The notes beneath the pieces are model-generated. The model made no database searches and had not been told where the DNA came from. It was given only the letters and a program-made list of their open reading frames with translations. From the human T2T-CHM13v2.0 reference genome, Homo sapiens, in the NCBI RefSeq assembly GCF_009914755.1, contig NC_060931.1: a stretch of DNA of 64,000 bases, one strand, 5' to 3'. How positions within the stretch are numbered: the first letter of the stretch is position 1; each line of letters begins with the position of its first letter. Of the stretch, positions 18,194 to 29,479 are shown in pieces. A program made the translations under genes and the position numbers.

Positions 18194-18599
18194 TTCTTAA
18201 TAAAAATTATATTATCAAAATATTAAAAATAAATTTTAAAAAGGTTGTAAATCACTTTTTTTGTATTTTTATGTGTCATTATATTTTGAAGGCATGTTAA
18301 CTCTTTCAGGCCAACAGTATACTAGGTGATTGCTTTGTGCTTTACCTGGGAGACAATGTCTGGTCAAAGAATTATGGACTTATGGGTACGAAATTCCAGC
18401 TTTGTTTAGCATAGATATCAGCTTTCTGGTTTGATTTTGCAATCTCTATTTTAAATAATAAAATTAGCTTTTACTTTTCTTTGTTTTCTCATTTTTGAGA
18501 TTAGTTTTATTATTTATTATTATTTTCCTTTTCTGAAATAACCACCATTTTGAAAAATAAATGCGTACTATCTAAAAGGATGGATTCTGGAGAACTACA

Positions 18600-18790
18600 C
18601 AGCAGCTTTGCCATCTTGGGCAAAACACTAACCTCTCTGTGACTCAGTTTATGCACGCATAAAATGAGAATAACAGTACCTTCCTCATGAGGATTTTGTG
18701 AAAATTACATGAATTAATATGTGTAAAGCATTTAGCTCAGTGCCTGGCACATATTAAGTGCTACTTTAGGGTTTGCTATTGTCACTGTCA
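18600..18790. mobile_element. MIR
   Basis: cttgggcaa...aacctctctgtgactcagttt...taaaatgagaataacagtacc...gtaaagcatttag...gtgcctggcaca. Confidence 0.8.
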
Positions 18791-19599
18791 TAATTCATTC
18801 ATTCAGGAGTCTTTGAGTTGCCTTTTTTTTCAGGTAATATTAGTGCTTGAAATTGGAGTGTAAATCCACTTTTTCTAAGAGCTTAGAACCAACCAATTTC
18901 CTCATATTCCTCCATCACACACACTGGACATATAACATTATTTGCAGGATGAGAATACAGGAAGTGTTTATTAAAGAAAAGGAAATGTGAAAAGAACTGG
19001 AACTATGATCATAACATATCTCAACATTCACAACAAAGGTGACCCAAACAAAGAGATTACATGTTCCTGAAGGTAAGACTCAGATGTCTGTTTCCTATGT
19101 CAATATGTAATAAGCAAAAGGAATGACAAACTTGGATATAGTCCTAGAGGCTGAGCCAGATGTGACAAACAAGGTTAAGGATGGGGCAGAGCTCACATTC
19201 ACAACCATGTCACACGTCTAGATGTTTTAAATGTCAACAGGATTTACATATGGTGACACTGCATTTTAGAGAGATAGTGTCAGGAAATAAAGTTAGGTGA
19301 AGGAAACGAACAAGCAAAAATTATCAGTATATAAGAGGTCAGGCACAGGTTACCTTCTCAAAGCATAATTAGAAAAGCTAACATAAAATGCACTATCTTT
19401 GCCACCTGTAAAAGTAGCATACCTTAAGGGATATTTTGAAAATATATTGTCAAAAATTTCCTAGGAAACACCTCAGTTTTATCAAGGTTACCAAAACCAA
19501 CTCTATGAGAGGATCAGAGCAATTCAGAGCTTGATACAGGAATTATGACTGACCTAAAAGCAAATGTTAACTGGGACATCTGTGTGTTTAGATGAAATA

Positions 19600-19900
19600 C
19601 ATATTAATTAGGATTGCATTCAGCTACAAGTAACAGAAACAACTTAATTTTTCTCACAATACAAGAAGTCCCGTCATTATTTCAGGGCTGGCATAGCTGC
19701 CTGAAGATATAAAGGAGGACCCAGCTCCCTCTAAAGTTTTGTTCCACCATCATTGGCATGTGGCCATTATCCTCAAGGTCACAAGATGGTTGTATCATCT
19801 CCGAGCTAGAATAGGCAAGGTTAGGGCAAAAAGTGCGTGCCTGCTGAGTCTTTTATAAAATATTCTTTATCAGTTTTATCAAGAGTCTTCCCAAAGACTC
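19600..19900 (-). mobile_element. Old MLT1-type (MaLR) LTR fragment
   Basis: ggattgcattcagctacaagtaacagaaac...ctcaaggtcacaagatgg. Confidence 0.55.
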
Positions 19901-19901
19901 T

Positions 19902-20195
19902 GACTGGGTGCAGTGGCTCATGCCTGTTATCCTAGCATTTTGGGAGGCCAAGGCAGGTGGACCATCTGAGGTCAACAGTTCAAGACCAGCCTGGCCAACA
20001 CGGCAAAACCCTGTCTCTAGTAAAAACACAAAAATTACCTGGTCTAGTGGTGTGCACCTGTAGTCCCAGCTATTCAGAAGGCTGCGGCACGAGAATCGCC
20101 TGAACCCAGGAGGTGGAGGTTACAGTGAGCCGAAAAGGTGTCACTGCACTCCAGCCTGGGCGACACTGAGACTCTGCCTCAATAATAATAATAAA
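19902..20195 (+). mobile_element. AluS(x-like)
   Basis: Full dimer; approximately 20-bp imperfect TSD aagagtcttcccaaagactct / aagaaccttcccaaagaccct. Confidence 0.93.
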
Positions 20196-20469
20196 AAGAA
20201 CCTTCCCAAAGACCCTAATCAACAGATTTTCACTTCATATCGCTGAATTATACCGCCAATAAATGGCAGAGCAAGATATGAACACGGGTCTATCTTCAGC
20301 ATCCAGTTAAAAAATACTCACCTCCATGGCTCCCTTGCAGCTCCATGTAATTCAGCGATATGAAGAAATTCTATGGGAGGACCACAGCAATTCAGAGCTT
20401 GATACAAGAATTATGACCGACCTAAATAGTTGATAATAAATGTACTGATTTGTTTTCATATTACTATCA

Positions 20470-20715
20470 GTAAGAAGAGAAAAAAGGTGTAGAGATGGCA
20501 ATGGGGGAAACCTGAAGGGAAGAAAGTGAAAGAATTTAAAAAGAAAAAGAACAAAGTGGTGAAGCAGAAAGGAGAAAGGAAGAGGAGAGGGAAAGCAAGG
20601 ACCATGGCATGGAGTCAAAGGAAGCAAAGGAGGAAAGACAAAGATAAAATTTAGAGAGAGGAAGAGAAGATGAGATACAGTGGGAAGGAGATGGGAAAGG
20701 CAGAGAGAGAGGACT
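20470..20715 (+). repeat. GA-rich low-complexity tract
   Basis: Almost pure purine strand. Confidence 0.7.
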
Positions 20716-20859
20716 AAGGTGACCTTAGTCCTTATGGTCTACTGTCACTCCTTTTCAGGTCACTTGGTTTGTGGGCACCAGTGGACATCAATAATCGGTG
20801 CTATCTATAACATGTCACCTTTCCTATCATGTAAGAGTATTTTAATCAATAATTTTCTT

Positions 20860-20977
20860 TTTAAACTGGGTCTCACTTCGTTGCTCAGGCTGGTCTTGAA
20901 ATCCTGGGCTCAAGTGATCCTCCTGTCTCAGTCTCCAAAGTAGCTAGGATCACAAGCATATGCCACTGTGCCTAGCT
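20860..20977 (-). mobile_element. FLAM-type Alu monomer
   Basis: gggtctcac...caggctggtcttgaaatcctgggctcaagtgatcctcc...ccactgtgcctagc. Confidence 0.85.
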
Positions 20978-21876
20978 ATAATAAAATTTTATTTTGTTTT
21001 CAACATAAAGTTTTATTTTGTTAAGGAAAGCTAATTCAGCATTAAAGGATAACCTGCATTTTAAACATTTACTTTGAAAACTCAGAACGCTTGTAACTAT
21101 TTCTTAGTGGGATTCAATGCTATCTAATTATCTTAGCTTTGTTTTTTATTTTGAGTGATTTAGGGCTGCCTTATACCACAAATCAACATTTCTACATTTG
21201 TACTGATCCCCCTGCCACACACACATCCTCAAATACATTTGCTATAATTGGTTCTTAGAGAGGATAGAATAAAAAAGAAAAAAATAGGTATAGTTTTAGA
21301 GAAGCACACATTTTAAAAATAATTGGCTAACCTATAGGCACAGCATTCAACCCTTCAGAAGCTCTGCCTTCAATGAGATGGGCATGGCAGGTGACTGTGG
21401 TGAAAATTACTTTCTGAGCCACATAACTGACACCAAAGTGAGATCATGTCATTTCATGCGGAATGTCCTAAGAGCCAATAATTTTTTAAAGCTACACAAT
21501 TCCTGCGTTTGAACAGTCATTATGAGATATTCATATTTGAAAATTCAATTCGAGTATCTGAAATAGGGCTTTTAAAACGCTTTTGCTTAAAGTTGATGAG
21601 ACTGAAATGCTATAGAGTTCAGTTATTTTTAAAATGACTCTAAAATCAGGTAAAGAGGGTGGATTAATCACCCCAATGTTTTTGAAATGAAAATACTTAG
21701 ATAAGTCAATTTGCCTTTTAACGTGTATTAAGTCATTACTCAGGCATAGCCTAAACCACCTCTCTCTGTCCACAGTGAACCTGCCCATTCCAACCTAATG
21801 CACTCCACCTTCCTTTTTTTCCGGAGTGTAGTGCTATCCAGTTTTTCTATTTCTATGTGACACAAAGAACTTCATA

Positions 21877-21880
<4 letters not shown>

Positions 21881-21912
<32 letters not shown>
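21881..21912 (+). repeat. (TG)16 microsatellite
   Basis: Direct reading. Confidence 0.95.
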
Positions 21913-21917
<5 letters not shown>

Positions 21918-24900
21918 CTTTTAAAATGTAAATGTTCAAAAAGTACTGGTCACTCAATTTATTTATGCTTTTCAAATGTAAAGGTTATTTGAAATAAAGG
22001 GGTCATTGCATCAGCAACTATTTATGAAGATTAAAGATATAACATAAGTTTCAAACTAGCACTTGAAGTGATCAGAAAAACAATTATGGCTTAATATGCA
22101 ACCAATCTTAAATAATTGATGGAGTAAGGCTTCTAGTTTATTCTATAAAGTTGACCAATTCCCAGGAGGTAAAAAAAAAAAAAAATCAAAGACAGATTTT
22201 TAGATATTTTCTTTTGAATAAAACTAATCCATAAAAATTTGAAAGTCAAAAATGCTGACTTTAAAATCTTGGTAAAATATCACTCTTTTTAAAGATGGAA
22301 AGTCAAATTTACTGGAATAAAACAGTTCTGTAAAAACTATATTCATATTATTACAACGATACAACATTACCATTTTATTAACATTTTCAATGCAAATAAA
22401 ACTAATAGTTTAAAACAAAGATTCACACAAATTGGAAGGAAATATAATTAAATAACTCCTAGTAATGTAGGAATGAATGAAGTAGGAATTTCTGCCAAAA
22501 TGAAATATTTTGAACTATAATTGTAAAGACTTGATTTTAGTTTAAAATTGGAATTGAAACTCACAGTGAATATAAATTACAGGAAGCAAGATTTATGATT
22601 TAAGAAACAATCTCAACCACATCAGTAAAATATGTATGAAATAAATTGTAGAGAGTAAGATAAATATGTAACAAATAGAGCAAAATGCTCTAAAATGCCC
22701 AATTTTCATAGTCCTATATAAGCAGGACGCAGCTTCAGTTCACTTATAAATTGCATTTGACAAATGATTTTGAAAGTTTAAATACACTGATTCCAGAATC
22801 AGACATATGAAGGATAAATAACCGATCACCTGATCAGCAATGCAGTTACTTTAGTAATGGCAAATTACTTTATTTCAAATAATAAAATCATTCCTTTGAA
22901 AGGAATTAAATCTGGAATATATTTCCAAAAATTACGTCTGACATAAATATCATCTGGTATTTGAAAGGTCATTAAATTGCACTTCCTTTGAACAAGAATT
23001 TTTAAATAGCAACCAGTTAATTTCAGAACACGTGTGCCTTTAACAGTAATACTGGAAATTGTCAAAATAAAGTGCCCTCAATACTCTATCCTGATTATAC
23101 CTTTCTTTTAAGTAAATGTTTAGTTTTAGGAATAGAACATTGATTTTCCTGTCTGTCTCACAGTATAATTTTTTTTTAAAGTGGGAGTAGATATACAGCA
23201 TGAAAAAATTACCAATAGTGATGCCGGACTTACAAAATACAGTAAAATCCCCCTTTTAAAACATCATGCCACATCACCAATTCAATTCTACTCAAGGCCA
23301 AATTTTTTTCTCTCAGTTGATATTTTAGAGCATACTTCTCATTGTTAATGGAACACTTCCCCCATCTTATGCTACCATAGTAACAGAAATTCTAGTCCAT
23401 TCAGAAATTTAGGTACATTGTCTCACCAAAGCTCAAGTATTTTGGGTAGACTCATTTACTTAACGCTTGTCTTTCATGCACAATGTCTTCTTCTAATGGC
23501 TGACCTCTCCTTTTTGATGGGGACTGAATAAAGCCAACCTTGTGAGGGGCAGTTCCTTACTGACATGATTTCAGGGGCATCCAAGTCTTTCTATCCCCAT
23601 ATCTATTATCTGGCTGTTCAGTGATGCTAAACTTACTTTAAGCAAAGAGGGGAAAGACATCTTTCTACAATTACAATAAAAAATGTGGGAAAGTTTAACA
23701 CTGACAAGTCACATTCACCATAAATTGATTGGGGGCAAGGCGAGGAGTGGCAAACAAAATGGATGGTAGATACCTGATGGCTGGGGGTGAGGAAAAGGAA
23801 CGACCATGGGTGAGGAAAGGTGCAGACTTCAATCCAACCATCACACTTTTCACAATACTGCCTTTGTCCCTAGGAGAAGGTGTGCTGATTACGGGGCATG
23901 GCTGGAAAACAGAAATGGCTACCTGACTAAACCATGTAGGTTCTTGTTTCCTATTTCCCCATCATTTGCAACTTTCTACCACACAAAACAAAACAAAACA
24001 AAAAATTCCAGGTTTGGTGCCCGAAACGCACATTGCGGAAACTGACCATGTCTTAGGATTTGTGCAAAAAAAAAGGAAATTCTAGGAAAAAAAAAATGTT
24101 CTGACCCTGAGACCTTTCTAATTCAACATGATGTATAGAGACCTCCTTTCGCTGAGCTTCTACATTGTGGTATACTCATGGTTCATTGTGACTAATAATG
24201 CCCTTTCAAAAGAGTCAGAGATAACATAATTTAAAAGATATATGAAGATGAGAAAGAGATACCAAATGACATTTAATTGAGAGATGAGAACACACCAGAT
24301 GTAACCATGCACTATTTATAGAGTTGCCAGTACTGAAAATAGATGGATATACTACTTAATGTAAAAATCTGTGACAATTCTGTTAGACTCGAAAGCTCCA
24401 GATTTTTTAGTACTATATATTTTTTATTTTTGTTAAAGATATTCCATAGATATATTTAAATACGACACATACAGGGACCTATAATTGTGAACCACTTTTA
24501 TTCTAGACTGGCAATTGCTGCCCCATTTTACATTCTGAGCTCTGCCACACACCCCAGTGTCAGAGGGCAGCTGACTGATCTACAGAAATGTTCTATGTTA
24601 GGTGCTATTGTGCACACCACCTCTATCTCAATGCATTCTTTTAGGTAAAAAAAAAAAAAAAAAAAAAAAGTCACAACTATCAGCTCTACACCTAAACATG
24701 GTTCATTCAAATGGTGACTTCAATGTAAATCATAAATGTGACTGATTTTTTCTGATATAACTGTTACACTTTAAAGATCCAGAAGGTTAGAAATAAAGTC
24801 TCAAGCTAACATTTTACACATTTCTTGTAAGTTTAAGAAGACTTCTTGGGCAAAAGACCTTTCATTTTGGTCACATATCAAAATGGGCCAACCACAAAAG

Positions 24901-24946
24901 TACATGAGATTAAGTTTTCCTATTGGCAGTTCAATTCTAACAGAAG

Positions 24947-24947
<1 letters not shown>

Positions 24948-24992
<45 letters not shown>
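24948..24992 (+). repeat. (TG)22 microsatellite
   Basis: Direct reading. Confidence 0.95.
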
Positions 24993-24993
<1 letters not shown>

Positions 24994-27149
24994 TGAATTT
25001 TTTAAATTAATTTTCAAAAGCCTAAAAGGAAAAGAGACATACATAAGCATCACTTCATTTTTAAACATGTATTCTACCTGTAGAACATTTTACAAAAAAA
25101 AAAAAAAAAACTCTTACTTTAAGGCCTATAGCTACAGCTAGTTCCAAAATCTAAATGTTTAATAAAATAGATAACAGAAATTTAAAATCTGACACAATTC
25201 TCAAAGCTTATAATAATTTGACCTTTCATAACTTACATAATACAATTTCTCTACCTTTTCTGGTGGTGGAAAAGAGGTGGAAATTGAGATTCTCCTCCGC
25301 AATGTCCAACTTGAAGTATTTACACTTTATTTCTACTCTATGTTATCCATTCCTTTTCAGACTTAGATATGTGATTATGGTAAGTCTTAAGGTGACTTGC
25401 ATTTGCTATTCAAGGGTGCAAGGGAGCAAAACCAAAGGGTGTATGATATTTTGGTGTTTTTAGTTAAGTTTTCAATATCGAGACCTTCCAAAGGATGTGG
25501 AAAACAGAAAAAATAATAATAAAGCTTTGTATCATCACATGGTCTTCCATCATAACCTGACAGTCACGCCTTTGAGACCAGCCTCACTCACTTACCCACC
25601 GTTCTCACTGAGAGATCATACCGGGCAAGAACTTTTGCTAAGAGTCGCACGGAGCAGCAGGCTGTCAATCAGGCTTTGGGTTAGGTCTGGTTGCCATCAC
25701 AGTAGCTGCTCCTTCCACTTAAAGATTCTCATTATCTCAGAAAAGCACTAGATTGTTCTTGGGAAGAGGGCGTAGTAAGCACTTTTATCTAAAAAGGGAC
25801 TAGTTACAGAACATTAATTTTCCAAAATTATTTCTAAAATTCCACCAAATTAAACTTCTGCTTTACAGACAAGGCTGCCACCATGCCACAAGGAAGTTGT
25901 AAAAGCACTGTTTAAAACCTCTAGGAGACGTTTATTTAGGCTAAATATTTTATAATAGATATCAAGGTTTTTTTAAAAACAGAAAAATCTTAAGGATTCT
26001 TACAATTTTTAAATGCTTGTCTATCTTAAGTGCTAGCACCCCGTAGATTATCTCCCGCCATGCCAATGATTGTTAGCCTATTAGAGATAGAAACTATTAA
26101 CAGGAGCCTACTGGACAATGGTTTCTATTTGGTTGGGTATAAATATTTTGGGGTTGAAATTCTAATTAAATAGTGCCTGTCGCTGCTTAAAAGCTCTATA
26201 GGCATGAAATGTTCAGAAGTCCCAGAAGAAATACAGAAAAGAGACATTTTTTATTTTTCCACATACTCGATGTACTAGCTTAAAATACATGTACTACATA
26301 ATATTATATTTCTTGGAGCTAAATTTTATTTCTTCTGTAATGTTTATTTTTGATGCAGGGCTGCATAATGATTCCATTTTTAAGATACCTCTAAATTATA
26401 AGGGATTCCAGCCTCTACCTGGAAATTAAAGCTGTGCAGATAAAATACAAAGTCATTAATAAACATCACAAAGATAATTCTAACAAGAAGCACCATGTAA
26501 AAGTAAGGCAGGAATCAGAAAAATCATCAATTACTGACATATTAAATCACACTTTCAAAAGAATAGGGAGCTGGAAGCAGCCGCTCCCTTTCAGGAGGGC
26601 TGTATGACACTGAATGAAATGCCAGGGACTCCTGGCTGGTGAGCAGCGGGAACTTTGCGGTCGAGCGGCGCGGGGCAGCCACAGACCTGGGCGCTTCAAT
26701 CTGTCACCAGCCTGCCCGCAAAGCCCAGCGACAGCCCCCAACGCCCCCCCGGGGACCCATCTGGGGGGACCGGGAGCAGGACAAAGGTCTGAAATCCAAG
26801 TCCTAGGAGTAAAGAAACAAAATGCGCAGGTTCAATTTAAAGTGCCTGCGGTAAGTACGGGGAGTGAGGGGGAAAGACACCGGCCTCCAAGAATTCTCAG
26901 GCGTTTAGCACAAGCACCAGCTCATTACCAGGAGATGCGTTCGGGGAGTGGGGACATGGAGAATGAATCCCAACTTGTGACTCCATTCTCCACTAACTTT
27001 ATTCTCGCTCCCTGGACCAAGCGCATCGCTGGGGCCAGGGTTGTCATGGTTCTTGTTTCCAAGGCCCCTTGGAAGAAGGAAAGGGATGAGAAAGGTGCGC
27101 TGGCGGGCGCACCCGGCGGCGGCGAGCGCGGAGGTGCTGCGGTACCTAC

Positions 27150-27375
27150 CATGGTATTCTTGTCCCGGAACGTAGTAGGTGGGGTTGCCCGCAATATGCA
27201 GGGAAATGAGCACCTCGCCCTGCTCCCCATCCCCTTCCAGCTCCCCGTGGTGGGTGCACAGGAAAAAGAAGGGCGAAAAGCGGGGGTAATAGCCAGCCGC
27301 CGCGCGCGCCCTCAGCGTCGCCCCCAGCAACAGCGCTAGGAGGAAAGTCTGCCGGGCCCAGCCACTGCGCTCCAT
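27150..27375 (-). CDS. RELN: Reelin exon 1 coding part (signal peptide and start of reeler domain), 226 nt, phase-1 donor
   Basis: Minus strand ATG at 27375 in strong context (GGCATGG) translates [75 protein letters not shown], the recognised reelin N-terminus. It ends CATG|GTAGGT with the GT donor at 27149-27148. Confidence 0.98.

Positions 27376-27405
<30 letters not shown>
27376..27405 (-). repeat. RELN: (GGC)10 trinucleotide repeat directly 5' of the RELN start codon (known polymorphic site)
   Basis: Ten perfect GCC units on the + strand abut the CAT at 27373-27375. Confidence 0.97.
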
Positions 27406-27407
<2 letters not shown>

Positions 27408-27685
27408 GCGCCCTACGCGCCGCTCGCTCATTCAGTTTTGGAGACGCCGGGACGGAGGAGCCACGCGGAGAGAAGGCGAGAAGAAGGCGGACGGGAGCGG
27501 AACGGGCTCGGGAGCGGGCCTGGGAGCGGGCCCCCGCCGAGAAGTTCCGCGGGAGACGGCGGCTCCCAAAGTTACTTTGGGCCGCGGGAGCGCGGGACCG
27601 GGGCTGCGGGCGCCGAGAGCGCGTCGTCTGCCGCCTCCGTGCGCCGCCGCCGCCTCTGCGCGACGCCCCTCGGCCAGGCCTGGGA
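27376..27685 (-). other. RELN: RELN exon 1 5'UTR (5' end approximate)
   Basis: GC-rich sequence between the ATG and an inferred TSS at about 27681-27686, roughly 30 nt downstream of a TTTAAGAA TATA-like box. The TSS is inferred, not observed. Confidence 0.7.
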
Positions 27686-27810
27686 AAGCGCCCGCCCCGC
27701 TCCACACCTTCTTAAAGCCCCGGGCGCCGCGTCCCCCCCGCCGCCGCCACACGTGTCCCGGCCGCTCCCCCGCCCCCGCGCGCCGCCCCGCCCGCCCCCC
27801 GCCCTCTCGG
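27686..27810 (-). promoter_or_regulatory. RELN: RELN core/proximal promoter: TATA-like box, GC boxes, E-box, T-box-like half site
   Basis: TTTAAGAA at 27716-27709 (minus). Several GGGCGG Sp1 boxes at 27691-27804. CACGTG at 27750-27755. AGGTGTGG at 27709-27702. Confidence 0.7.
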
Positions 27811-27967
27811 GCTGGCTCGGCGGCACCTCGCGCGGCGAGGGGCGCACGCGTCCCCGGAGTCCCCGGCCAGCGCCCGGTTCGCACCCGGGAGGACAGGGAG
27901 GGGCGCCCGCCGGGGAGCGGGACGGGGACGCTGTCGAGGACCGCTGAGCCCGCGACTCTTCTGCGAG

Positions 27968-27993
27968 GGACGTCAAAGCCCCGCAGAGGGCAC
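27968..27993. promoter_or_regulatory. CRE-like site and adjacent CTCF-like motif
   Basis: TGACGTCC on minus (27975-27968) and CCCGCAGAGGGCAC on plus (27980-27993) versus CTCF core CCASYAGRKGGCRS. Confidence 0.45.
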
Positions 27994-29479
27994 CTCCCGT
28001 CCAGCTGTCTGAAGGGGAAGGCCAGCCCCTTTGGCCGTCAGTGTGCCCTGTTTTTCCTGGGAGGATGCGTGAGGGAAGGAGAGGGGCGGCAGGGACGGCC
28101 GCTGGCGCCGGTTTCTTTGTCTGAGCCGGCTGCGTCCCGCGCCCCTCGGGGCTCGCAGTCTGCCAGTCCGGGCGGCCCGCACTCGTTCTGGGAATCCGCC
28201 CGAGGCCGCGAACCGCTAGGGGCCCTCGTGCTCCCTTCCCACCCAGGCCCCCTGTCCCTCCCGCCGCGCCCGCCCGGCCCCTCGCGGCAGCGACAGAGCC
28301 TCATCTGTAGAGGATTTTAAAATGAGATTAAGCGAAAGTGGAATTGGCAGACTCGAGTGGTGCCTGGAAATGGTGATTTGTGCTGCTCGGTTGTGGGGAA
28401 TTGTAAGGCAGGAAGGGCTGGCGGAGCTAAGATCCGACAGGCTCTCTTCGCCGGACTGTTCTGTTATTCATTGCTTCTGGGCTCTTCAGGCAGAGATGGG
28501 TGTTGTAATTTTTTAAATCAGTGTTTATTTCCTTTAAATGTCGGTTATGACCAATGGCCCTGAAATCGGGGGAGGGAAAAACGTTCAGGGGAGATGCTGG
28601 CAGCGGTGATTGAAGCGGGTGGTAATGAGCGGCTGCACATGAACTGCAGGGAAGTGAAATAATCCATAAGCACGTTTTTAACCGAGGACGGCTGGCAGGA
28701 GCCCTGCGGCATCCGGAGATGGGGGAGCGGGGTTGCCAGGTTTTAATGCCTCTCCCCACCCACCCTTGGCTTGCCACCAAGCCAGATAAACCCGCACGTA
28801 CAGAAATGAGTAGATTATAAAATTGGAAGGGATAGTGCCTTTGCCTGCATTTGTGGGGCGAGGGGCGGTGAAAATCAGGGTCCAAGGGGAGACCTCTGTA
28901 ATCACTTCGTTGCAAAAGGAAGAAATTGTTTTTCTTCCTCTTACTGAGACCGAATGACAGGTAGAAAGGGCCCATTTCTAGCTGGCTTCTTGTTTCCCTT
29001 ACTTCAAAATCCCCAGAGGCTTAACTGCCATATAAATAATATACAGTGTATACATATATGTATGTGCATATATATATATATGATGTGGTAACAATTGCTA
29101 CACTGTAGCTCTGCGGGGTGCAGGCTGTGGGGCTAGACGTACTTTAGCTTTTTAATCCTAACACCAACTGGAGAGGCAAAAAATATCCCTATTTCACAAG
29201 GGAGGAGGCACTCAGAAATGTTGATAACTTGCCCAAAGTCAGTGACAAAGGCTGGATGCAGGGCAGACTGGCTGGCCTCAGAGGCTCTTGTCCTGCACTG
29301 CCCTGCCACAGTCGACAGCCCTAGCTGGAGCAGGTGGTGTTGCCCCAAACAGAATTAGGAGATACTCGCCCACAGCTAACAAGGCTGTTACTGCCTTCCT
29401 GTCCAGTCATGTGAATATAGCCAAAGACAAAATTAATCACTTGTAGAAAGAATCCAAAACTATTTAATGTTTTTGGCTT

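Larger units (their letters stand above)
26570..28300. promoter_or_regulatory. RELN: CpG island spanning the RELN promoter, exon 1 and start of intron 1
   Basis: Abrupt switch to very high GC and CpG density compared with AT-rich flanks. Edges are approximate, with a weaker tail to about 28870. Confidence 0.95.

Noticed and set aside
25590-25760. Possible cryptic exon in intron 1 (sense donor TGG|GTAAGT at 25595)
   Set aside because: No convincing polypyrimidine tract and AG acceptor at a suitable distance.
26905-27705. 266-aa ORF taken as a whole protein
   Set aside because: It starts at a GTG near or above the inferred TSS and reads through the splice donor into intron 1. Only 27375-27150 is supported as coding.
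26547-28320. Many long overlapping ORFs (241, 247, 169, 150, 134 aa) on both strands
   Set aside because: Stop-codon depletion in a CpG island; low-complexity R/P/G/A translations with no recognisable domain.
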